Origin: Gnetum montanum
Taxonomy: Eukaryota > Plantae > Gnetophyta
NCBI GenBank assembly: GCA_015680685.1
Contig: MNCI01000691.1
Span: 245,148-309,147 of the forward strand
Length of the DNA stretch: 64,000 bases
Direction of reading: 5' to 3'
Numbering within the stretch: the first letter of the stretch is position 1; the number at the start of each line of letters is the position of its first letter. Made by a program: the position numbers and the translations under genes. Below are positions 14,141 through 24,080 of this stretch, piece by piece. The notes beneath the pieces are model-generated. The model saw nothing but the letters and a program-made list of their open reading frames with translations, made no database searches and was not told the origin of the DNA.

Positions 14141-15029
14141 TGTTATTTTCATTCTTCTTTCACAAATTACTTCCCACCAGAATGTTGCTGTTCGCTATGT
14201 TCCTGCAAAATTCATGTTTAGAGTCTTGACTCACTGAATCAAATATTAACCAGAATTTTCAAGCTTCAAAATAATAAGCTTTAAAGAATAAGGAACATGC
14301 TTTCAACTAGAAATTCAAGCACAAGGAACATGCTTTCAACTTGGAATTTCAACTAGGAATTTAAATATTATCATGTGTGTAAAATCCTTTACAAATCAAT
14401 ATGGTAAAAGCATTGGATTATCTGATAAAGTCATTACACAACTGTAATTGATGCATCAAGTCACTAAAATGTTATGAGATCGTAAATGCATTGTAAGTGC
14501 ATCGGAGTAACTAACTAGGAATGCTTCTATTCTCCCGGGAAGAAATTAGGTTGCAGTGAAAAAGAAAGCAGGCTATAACAATTCTTTTCTTTGATTTTCG
14601 TCATTTTTTTTTAATTTCGAATTTTGTCTATAATTCACGAGAACAAACTAAAATTTCCGGTAGACTACTGCCTCTGTACAACAATGGAACAACCTGAATC
14701 TTTTGGGGCCAACAATGCAAGCAAAGCAAAAGCAAAAGTGCAAAACCGTTAAAAGGTTAAGCGGCATACCTCTTCAATTTCTGTTTCTGCCTTTCCATAT
14801 TTATTTAATGGCAAATGTGCTTGCAGCTTCCTTGCTATTTGATCCAAATTCTTTCGGGAGACCACAATCAGATTTCAATGTCAATTATGAATGAGAAGGA
14901 TCTGTAGGAATCATATATCTTTATATATCTTTGATAGAGTGGAGTCCTGTCCTTTGTGGATGGTCTGAATATAGTATCTTTGCTTGTGAACGACTTCTGT
15001 TAAAATCTCTTTAACTTTGTCTATTTTTT

Positions 15030-15192
15030 CATCTCCCATGTTTGGAATACTGTGGCTACCCAATCTGGTAAAGCCAGATGAGGATCAAACATATAATCTG
15101 TGCGCTCTGTTCTCGTCCTGACCTTTATGATTACCACTCCAAAGATATAGACACCTTTTTTGATGGACACCTCTTCTCCGATTCAATACTTT
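15030..15192 (-). pseudogene. Receptor-kinase subdomain VIII-X fragment, LRR-XII (EFR/Xa21-like) style
   Basis: Minus frame KY*IGEEVSIKKGVYIFGVVIIKVRTRTERTDYMFDPHLALPDWVATVF resembles EYG.G.EVSTKGDVYSFG..LLE..T.KRPTD.MF...L.L..WV. Confidence 0.7.
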
Positions 15193-15863
15193 ACCGTAGC
15201 AAGAAGCAACAACATATTATGAGGATAATATATGATTGTCCTTTCCCTAGATATCTAGGCATCTATTATTGTAACAAAAAGTTTATATGATTTATTTTTA
15301 TTGCATCCCAGGATGATTAACTATTTTGTTCAATCTATTTTTATTTAAAAGCATTGAACTTTCTTAACAAAAAGCAGATGCAAAGACAGAAAAACAAAAG
15401 GCTGATGGAAAGACACACGAACCCTGCACAAGGAAATAAATCCAGGAAAAATTTCATTTACATTATGCACCAGGTGAGGGACAACACAGGCTCATTGGAT
15501 ATTCTGCTGGTACTCACTTTAATTTTTAATTAAAAATTTTGTGAAACCATTATAAATTATAAAAACTATTTTTGATAACATTTAATAAATAAAAAGGGAA
15601 AGAAAGGAAAGAAAAAGGATTATGTTTACACCCTAATTTATTAATAACCAAGGTTTCTAACTGGACATAGCATTAAAGATGTAACCCCTAATTTTCATGT
15701 ACATAAATCTTACTTTTTGAAAATAGCTAATGATAGATAGCTCAACTGGTTATGCCATTGTTTTGAAAGGTCCCTTGTTTAATACATACTTAAAGCAATT
15801 CCAAGAATCAGATTTATTTAATGCATAGGAAATCATGCTCATCATCCATAGATTGTAGAGGGT

Positions 15864-16305
15864 GAACTTGTAGAAATTTTGGTGTTTTGATATATTGCAT
15901 TTTTGAGACCAAAGCATCCACTACATAGGAGGGGATTTCTAATGAAAAGACTGTTTATTTAGGTTCTTAAATATGCCCTATCCACATGGTATATGTTCAA
16001 AATTTTGATAAGAAAGATGATTTAGTGACCCTTTAACGCCCAACTCGTGAAGGAATTACATTAGATATCAATGCTTTCAAGTAGAACTTGTAGGAAGTAT
16101 GGTGTTTTGATATATTGCATTCTTTGAGACCAAAGCATCCACCACATAGGAGGGGATTTCTAAAGAAAGATAGTTTGTTTAGGTTCTTAAATATATCCTA
16201 TCTACATGGTATATGTCCTTCAAAATTTTTATAAGCAAAATCCAGAAAATAAAGATAAAGATGATTCAATGACTCTCAACGCCCTTCTTGCAAAAGAATT
16301 ACATT
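15864..16305. repeat. Tandem duplication, two ~200-220 bp copies
   Basis: GAACTTGTAG..GGTGTTTTGATATATTGCAT..GAGACCAAAGCATCCAC.ACATAGGAGGGGATTTCTAA starts at 15864 and 16084. Confidence 0.9.
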
Positions 16306-16516
16306 ACTGAACTAATGTTAACTTATATCCAATTTTTTAAGGCAGATTTCCAATTGTAGCAAGAGAGATTAAGCTCCACTGCATTTAGCCATCCCACAAT
16401 GTGAATGGCATTGTTCCGTAAACGATGGTTGTTATAAACATGGGGCTTCATAAATGATTGTGATCCAAATAACGTAAGAGCGGGACTTGGAAGAGCAAGT
16501 TCACTTGCAGTGTTGG

Positions 16517-16612
16517 TTTCTAGTTTGTTGTGATTGAGGTCAATATATTGAATAGAGTTCATGTTCCCAACCAGGGACGTTGCCATCATCTAAAAGATTT
16601 CATCCCAAGTAG
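16517..16612 (-). pseudogene. Plant extracellular LRR fragment
   Basis: Frameshifted YLG*NLLDDGNVP / LVGNMNSIQYIDLNHNKLE fits the LxxLxxLDLSxNxL consensus. Confidence 0.6.
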
Positions 16613-17107
16613 AATTAAGAAATGCTTTGATGCTTTAATGAAAAATTTTATTAATAAAAATAAAAGTAAAGGTATAAATAAAATTTACTCACAAAATATA
16701 TTAGAATGTAACCATTTTTCTTTAATTTCATTTCAAGATATGCTTTTCGTCCATAACGGTGTACTTGACTATTTGCAGAATAAAAGATGGCTAACTTAAA
16801 AAACTAATGTAATAAGTATGTAGGTATGTATTGCAGACATCACGCGCTGTGAACTCCTAGTAGTGTAGAATAAGATTCACCCTTGGTCGTTTTGAGAGGC
16901 TTTACAACAGTAACCATAAACATTTAACAATTCTGCAATTATCAAATCAAATCATCATTGTTTGATTCTCTAAATCAGCATATTATACGTGCAGTTAAAC
17001 ATGCAACCGTGAATCAACGCTGCTAAAAACAAAGCATGTTTCTGCCCACTAACACACTTCGACTATTCAACAGTGACTTAAACAATTTCTTAAAAAGTGA
17101 GAATTAC

Positions 17108-17321
17108 CCAGCATTGATACAAGTTTCACTTTTCCAATGGTTCGACCACTAGTTCTTTGACTTCATATTTACGGTCTAATTCTTTCTCTGTATGTCTAAC
17201 CCTGCTAAAAAATGAGCCATTTCTGTTAGCTGTGTTCTCGTTTTCTGACCAGAGATTTACAGTGCATACCGTTTGTTCAGAAAGTAAACAAATGCTGCAC
17301 CACAAATTGGGAAATTGCAGT
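17108..17321 (-). pseudogene. Two exon-like segments (17270-17321, 17108-17201) of an unidentified gene
   Basis: Polypyrimidine-AG acceptors, GT donors, and a 68-bp intron with GCTAAC branch point. Reads ..GAAFVYFLNKR / VRHTEKELDRKYEVKELVVEPLEK*. Confidence 0.45.
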
Positions 17322-18130
17322 CTGCCAAACAAGATAAAAGAATAATGAACATAAATGGAAAGCCTCCCAAACTGATGACAGAATGACAAAGCATTGCACA
17401 TGCGAGGGCCAACTGAAAATCTTGAATATTATAAATGTAGTGTAAATGGCACCAATGCATTAGAAAACTCAAGAGCAATTGTCCTGTAACGTTACGTTAC
17501 CTAAAAGATTGAGCTGAATACCTCTTGGATTTCTGATTTCTTTTGGAATTTATGATTATTGCGGCAAAGGCTGTATTGGTCTTGACTATTACTTGTGGAT
17601 GAGGAATCAGTGTATAAATCATAGATCTTAAATAGAACCGACTCTACTTCTTTCATGGATGACCCTGATGAAACGTTTTATGGTTGACCTGATAAAGCAT
17701 CATGGCTCGTGCAACGCAGGGCTACCCTCAAACTGTCGCTGGCACTTTAACAGCAAAACCATAGTGGAAATGATATCAAGACACCATGTTACAATTATGG
17801 CCTTCATGTGCAAATGCAAGGGATTGCCAATGTTTTTCTTTTTTTGTTTCCGCAACAGAATCTGGGACACCCATTTCAAAACACCGTTGCTTTAGGTGTT
17901 TACTGAGAAAACTGAAAAGTTTTCCCATAGTTATTAAATAAAATACATTTAAATTAAGTATATTTCACCATAAACCGTAATTTCTTTCCTAATATCTTTC
18001 CTAATATATGAGTTATATTGGTAGTTCTCTTTGGCATATCACTTCTGTTTCATTTTTTATATGGAAATATTCAAACTCTTTAAGATTATTGCTTAGATTC
18101 TTTATGCCGTTTCTTTTGTGTCATGTTTAC

Positions 18131-18423
18131 CTCACCATCACCTTCTCCATTTCTCATTTCTGGTAACTATGGTTATTATGCCGTATCTTTGCCAGATATC
18201 ATTCCCACTGGTTTCGCTCTTATAGGGAGCGCACAGCTCCTGCTTACTCGCTTTGGGTGGCATATTAGTTTGGAAAAATAGAGCATATTCCTTCAGCGTT
18301 GCGTTGTTCTTCAACTATTGCTCCACTTGGTTTGCTTGATCTGGTTGAGACACTCGGCTTGGTTTGCTTGACGGTCAAAGTGCTGGTTGACACGCTCTAG
18401 ACATCATGTGGAGTCTTCTGCGG
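18131..18423 (-). pseudogene. Exon-like fragment, possibly the start of a G3BP/NTF2-family RRM
   Basis: Flanked by TTTTCCACAG and GTAAAC. Reads ..VEEQRNAEGICSIF(fs)TNMPPKASKQEL, reminiscent of EG.SIY..NLP...T..L. Confidence 0.3.
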
Positions 18424-18560
18424 CTGTGGAAAATCAGCAATCCAATTGAACTACAGATTACGAATATTTAAAAAAAAAACGAATTCGTCTTCTGCGGCTG
18501 TGGAAAATCAGCAATCCAATTGAGCTACAGATTACAAATATCTTTCGAAAAATGAATTCG
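18413..18560. repeat. 74-bp tandem duplication spanning a minus-strand splice acceptor
   Basis: GTCTTCTGCGGCTGTGGAAAATCAGCAATCCAATTGA.CTACAGATTAC at 18413 and 18487. Confidence 0.9.
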
Positions 18561-19051
18561 CATCCGCACACAAAAATTTTTTATCTCAGCCCTGCTTTAA
18601 GGGTTCAAATATACTTTCAGACAACACAGCTTCATAGCTCGCTCATGCTCAGCATCTCCACAAAATAACCAGATTCCCTTCTCTAACGCTTTAGAAATAA
18701 AAAAAGCTACGTGGTTTCCTAAAAACACCACCCCATTCCCAACATTCCAGCAAGAAAACATAGCAAACTTGAAAAACATTCAGAATAACCACATGCAAAG
18801 GTCCAAAAAACAAAAACAAAAAATAAAAAACGCTAAGAATGTGTAACCACTTGAAAAGCTAGGAATCTGCATAACCTGAAGCCTACTAAAGTTGACATTT
18901 AACTGTTTCTCCAAGACAGGGCCGAACACAACCATAGTTAACTTTTAAGTTCTTTGAAGATAAATTCAAATCAAATGCAGACGAGGAGCAAGAGCAAGCA
19001 CATTTGCGACCACAGCTGAAGAAAGGAGCGAGGCAGAAGAAAAAGGTAAGC

Positions 19052-19314
19052 ACTCAGGCTATCCAATGTTTTGGCCATCTGAAAACAGCCGTTGCAGTAA
19101 CCTCCTACAAAAAAGGGCACGGCCTCATCAAGATCAATGACTGCCCAATCAAGCTCGTGGAACCTGAGATCCCATGTTAAAAGGGTTACGAGCCAATTCT
19201 TCTGCTCAGCCACCCTCTTTCCCAATGTCGACATGAATATTAGGGTTAAGGGAGAGGAGGTTACACGCCATTCACGAAAGCATTGCCAAGGCTCTTGCTG
19301 TGTACTACCAGAAA
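19052..19314 (+). pseudogene. RPS16: 40S ribosomal protein S16 (uS9) fragment
   Basis: [80 protein letters not shown] matches plant RPS16 (VQCFGRKKTAVAV..CKRG.GLIKLNGCPIEL..PEIL..YAIRQSIAKALVAFYQK). Stop, frameshifts, C-terminus missing. Confidence 0.92.
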
Positions 19315-19322
19315 ATCAATAC

Positions 19323-20810
19323 CTAGAATTAGCAAATTCACGACCATACATATCTAATATCAGCTTCAGCTCCTGTTCTATTTCTTGCAGCTCTTTAATC
19401 TACGGGTATAGTTTGTATCAGAAGGTTCAACTAATAATTCTGAAAATTGAAAAAAGGGTGGCTCTGGCACCATAGAAGCTTTAATACGTATGAATTCTTG
19501 CAACGGTGCAACTGAAAATGAACTAGCTAAACCAGTAAATAGTTGTATCGTCCATAATTTGCAAACAAAACAGGAATAAAACATTTTTAAAAGACAAAAC
19601 AAGGACTCAAACAACAAGGAAGATGCCAAAACATAATCTACAATAACATTAGTAAGAATACCTCTGCCTTTAAGTTTTTTAATTTCACCAGCTTGGTCAA
19701 TGCACTTATCCGATAGACTCTTGCATTCAGTTGTCTGTCAATAAAAACACCAAGTAAAAATTATTTCCAACATATAAACACAAACATTTAGCCCATGCAA
19801 ATCTAAATATCAAAGAAACTGTAAACTGAAAGTTACTTCCAACATGTATACACAAACATTTAGCCCATACAAATCTAATATCACAGAAACCGTAAACTGA
19901 ACCATAGAAAGAACAATCCAATGCACAGGAATATTATTTATATTTTTCAATATTTTCTATTACACTAAATAAACATTGTATTGATGGCAGACTAATTCCA
20001 ATACTTGTGGAAGCACTACTTTCAACAATTTTTACCTTAACAAGGGTGAGTTAAGGTTTAATAGTTTTCAAAATATGCATCTGATTACGAACAACAAATG
20101 AAACATTGACTGGTCTCAAAATTATTCCTCTCATCCATGCATTCTTGCAACCTGCTTTCCAGTTCAGCTATCTGGGCATCAGCAGTGGCAGTTGCGCTAT
20201 TCAGTTGATTTCAAGTTTCATGCTCACCTCTTTTTCACAACGCAGAAGATTGTCTCTTCCAGCCTGAAACATATTATAAAATATTTTACAAATTCAAAAA
20301 ACAAAAATCCCAATAGTATCAATAACCAAGTAGAAAGACGTTATATGCATGACAAGAGTATTTGTTACCTGTAGTAACTCTACCCTGCTAAGATACCTCT
20401 CATCTTCATCTTTTCATGTTTCAACTGATCCTGAAGTAGACGATAAGGCTTTGATTTAACAATATGTGCATCTTCCTTTAACTTTTCCTGTTGACAAAGA
20501 AAAACAGCCAGTATGAATGTCACACGAACAAGAAATAATTGACAATTTACACAAATTAAATATTTAGTAATCTACAAATGCCATATCTAACACAAATAAC
20601 CTGTAAATGCTCTAACTGCTTTAAAATCTTCAACTTTTCTTCATCAGCTTCATGAAGATAAGACAACCTGCTATCTGCTGGAGCCTGAAATGAAATACAA
20701 TGAGAACCAAATTCAAAAATAGTAACAAATAACACGTAAACATACACATAACAGAATCTACATTACCTTTGTAGCTTCTAACATAGCCCAACGTCATTCT
20801 TCATTCCTGA
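19323..20810 (-). pseudogene. HUB1/HUB2: Internal exons of a BRE1-like histone H2B E3 ligase (coiled-coil region), intron-containing fragment
   Basis: GT-AG bounded exons: ~20810-20767 (AMLEATK); 20684-20601 (APADSRLSYLHEADEEKLKILKQLEHLQ); 20487-20369 (EKLKEDAHIVKSKPYRLLQDQL..ERYLSRVELLQ); 20263-~20110 (AGRDNLLRCEKEVSMKLE..ADAQIAELESRLQECMDERNNFE); 19734-19662 (TTECKSLSDKCIDQAGEIKKLK); 19399-19323 (IKELQEIEQELKLILDMYGREFANS). Collinear with plant HUB proteins. Frameshifts present; no N-terminus or RING. Confidence 0.82.
19765..19901. repeat. ~72-bp tandem duplication in intron
   Basis: TTCCAACAT.TA.ACACAAACATTTAGCCCAT.CAAATCTAA..TCA.AGAAAC.GTAAACTGAA occurs twice. Confidence 0.85.
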
Positions 20811-20824
20811 ATGTAGAAGTGGAA

Positions 20825-21300
20825 TAGATCCTCACAGGCCACCAGAGGGCCACCACAGAGGCCTGCATTGTTGAGGAAAGCATTGCTGCCGTATTTGCTG
20901 AGAGAGTTGGGGATTTGCCCTGTGAAGTTGTTGTCTGAGACATTGAACTGATCCAGAGGGGAAGGCCAAGGCCCGGGAGCTCATCCATGAAGCATTGTGC
21001 TGCAATATGAGAGTGCGCAGGCCGCAAAGCTGATTCATTCGGCACAGGCACAGGCACAGTGTAACAACTTTCCTTCATGAATCGGAATAACTCTACCAAA
21101 AGGAAAAAGAAAAAACAGCGGAATAACCCTCCACAAAGCCGGCCTGGACCTTGACACCGGTCCATTTGCAGGCGTTTTTGTTTGGTACCCACTTCAGCTG
21201 TGCCCCTCCCAGTGCATCCCTGAAGGCCTCCAGGGCCCTGCTATCAGATTGAAGGTTCTGCAATATCACAGCACCCACAAAAACTGGTGTTGCAACTGGT
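20825..21300 (-). pseudogene. Collapsed LRR receptor-like kinase ectodomain (LRR-III-like): LRRNT plus last LRRs and C-cap, no TM or kinase
   Basis: QNLQSDSRALEAFRDALGGAQLKWVPNKNACKWTGV (LRRNT), then across frameshifts NQLCGLRTLILQHNA..ELPGLGLP.LDQFNVSDNNFTGQIPNSLSKYGSNAFLNNAGLCGGPLVAC. Confidence 0.85.
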
Positions 21301-23404
21301 GGGTAGTGATGTTTCTGCACACCAGTTGCAACAATCAGAAGCAAGCTCTGTCTAGGGCACGAACAACCTGAAACCGGTCTTCCTGAGGCACAAATTCATA
21401 AAACAAAACTGCCAGGGTGAACTCTACTAATAGCAACCCGTCTATACCCACAACACGGAAAGCTTTATTTAGAAAATCCCGAATAAAAAAACACAAGAGG
21501 GATCATAGAACGCCTTTTCCTGCAAAGCAAAAGAAGAATTATTCTCTCAAACAAAGCAAGCCAAACCACAACCATAATAACTTCACCGCTTCCACTCTCA
21601 AAAGCTTCAATGGAGACCAACGAGAAGGCGGTGGCAGCAGCAGCTGCAGAGCATGATTTTAAAACATGGCATGCTTGGGCCTGTGAACTTTTGGTTCCCC
21701 CATCTCTGATAATATTCTCTGCAAATGCTTTTCAAAGGCCTAATTAAGGACCATGTCAGTAGTAGAACAGGCAATCTCAAAATGCTGTGGATTGCCATGA
21801 CCCTACACATCACTGATGCAAATCATGAGCCCTTTATGTTTCTGTCGGTTGCAGGTTGTCACTAGCCACATTTTCTTTTATAGCAATTATTTACACGTAA
21901 AAGCAAAAGGCAGGGCAAAAAAAATTGACTGAAAAGGAATAAGAAAAAGGCTGAAATCCAATTTTGGACTTTGATGGAGTGGATGCTCTGAACCAGTCCT
22001 GTTGTATACGGGCCATTACACTAAAGAATTCTGGCCATTCCTCTACCATTGATAGACCAAAATATGCAGCCTTACATGTCCTGGCAGAACACCAAGAGAG
22101 CCAATTATTCCATTTTTTGAATAAGGGCTCTGAAGCCTGATCCTTTACTGTCACGGTGAGGGAGAGTCATACATGTCAGTCTTTGAGAAAATCAAAACTC
22201 TTGTTCAGAGCACTATTCCAGCTACAATACATCACTACCTGACAAAATGCCAGCATTTGGACAAGATTTTGCATGGCATTTTGACAAGACTATGCAGAAG
22301 AAAATGCTAAAACTGTGTTAATATTTTTAGCTTATGTTGAATGACGCCATGTTTGTCCCAGAAGCATGGTAGCATACCAATACGAATTTTGGCCTCTTTT
22401 TTACAATATTTAAAAGAATATAGTGTGCTTGCTTAAACGTCACACAAAGCTCTGTGTGTTGCCTGTGTTTTCTATTTTCTTCGATTCTTTATCTGTTCCT
22501 GAATTTAACAATTGGTATCGCAATGACATCCGAGGATGGGAAAGTCCACATCGACAAATTCGATGGAACAGACTTTGGGTTCTGGAACATGCAAATTGAA
22601 GATTATTTGTATCAAAAGAAGTTGCATAAACCACTATTAGGAAGAAGCCAGATCAAATGGATCAAGAAAATTGGAATCTCTTAGATCGCCAAGCACTTGG
22701 TGTGATTAGATTGACATTGGCAAGAAACGTCGCATTCAACATTGTTAATGAGACAACCACTACAGGTTAATGAAAACGTTGTCAAGTATGTATGAAAAGC
22801 CATTTGCTGCAAACAAGGTATATTTGATGCGTGGTTGTTCAATCTGAAGATGGGTGAAGGTGCATCAGTTACAAATCACATCAATGAATTCAATACGATA
22901 ATTAATCAATTGAATTCAGTGGCGATCACTTTTGAGGACGAAATCCAGACGTTGATTTTGCTGTCATCTTTACCAAAGAGTTGGTCTGCAACAGTGACTG
23001 CTGTGAGTAGCTTATCAGGTACTTTAAAATTAAAGTTAAATGATATTCGAGACTTGATTCTTAGTGAGGACATTCGCAGAAGGGAGTCAAGCGAATCCTC
23101 AAGGTCTGCTTTGAATACAGAAAGCAGAGGTAGGAGCTCACAACGTGGTCAAAACCATGGTTGAAACACCACAAAAATTCTGAGCTTAGTACTTCTCCAA
23201 CAAGAGTCGAGCGAAGTCATGATGCTCCCCAGCATGACTGAAGCTTGAGGGCCTCACAAACAGCTTCAAATGGAATCAAACTCAACAAGAAACGGTTTCC
23301 TGAGACCCGTAGAAGACTACAATGACATCTGGTATCAAACCTGGCAAATCTTGAGCTCAAAATACTTGGTTTTCACTAACTATGCATCCTGTATGCTGGC
23401 CTAC

Positions 23405-23890
23405 ACATGCCCAGCGTACAGCCCAGCATAGAGCAACTTTTGGGCTCCAGAAATGAGTCAAAACATGCTAGAACTGAGCGTCTGGACCCCCTAGGAACTT
23501 CCTCAGGGTCCCCAGTAGCTCTCAGGCACTTAAAAATCAAATTTTGGGCTCCAAATGATGGTTTTTCATTCCTCTACGCCCAACGTATACGCCCAGCGTA
23601 GAGCCCAACGTAGAGCAACTTTTGGGCCCCAGAAATGAGTCAAAACATGATAGAACTGAGCGTCTGAACCCCTTAGGACCTTCCCCAAGGTCCCCAGTAG
23701 CTCTCAAGCACTTAAAAATCAAATTTTGGGCTCCAAATGGTGGTCTTTCATTCCTCTACGCCCAGTGTAGAGCAACTTTTGGGCCCCAGAAATGAGTCAA
23801 AACATGCCAGAACTGAGCTTCTGGACCCCCCAGGACCTTCCCCAGGGTCCCCAGTAGCTCTCAGGCACCCAAAAATCAATTTTTGACCTT
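23405..23890. repeat. Three tandem ~157-182 bp units with 12-13 bp sub-repeats
   Basis: GAGCAACTTTTGGG..CCAGAAATGAGTCAAAACATG at 23431, 23613 and 23770. Confidence 0.92.
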
Positions 23891-23933
23891 AAAATGAAGC
23901 ATTTTCATGTGTGTACGCTAGGTACATTTTTGG

Positions 23934-24080
23934 TGTACGTTGGCATGCTGTACGCTGAGATCCTGTACACTGGCATGCTATACGTTGAGATCCTGTACGC
24001 TGGCATGCTGTACGTTGACATCCTGTACGCTAGCATGCTATACGTTGGCATCCTGTACGCTGGCATGCTATACGCTGTAC
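23934..24080. repeat. Minisatellite, 15-bp monomer organised as a 30-bp dimer
   Basis: TGTACGCTGGCATGC / TGTACGCTGAGATCC alternating, about 10 monomers. Confidence 0.92.

Noticed and set aside
17590-17680. Minus-strand MKEVESVLFKIYDLYTD resembling a TRAPP/sybindin helix
   Set aside because: Too short, and the expected following YVLKNPFY motif is absent.
18597-18779. Possible further HUB exon
   Set aside because: Translation does not continue the HUB alignment and there is no clean donor.
20794-21192. 132-aa ORF as an intact gene
   Set aside because: Mostly the wrong frame across a frameshifted LRR pseudogene fragment.
23405-24080. CRISPR-like repeat array
   Set aside because: Head-to-tail repeats with no unique spacers, in a eukaryotic LTR context.
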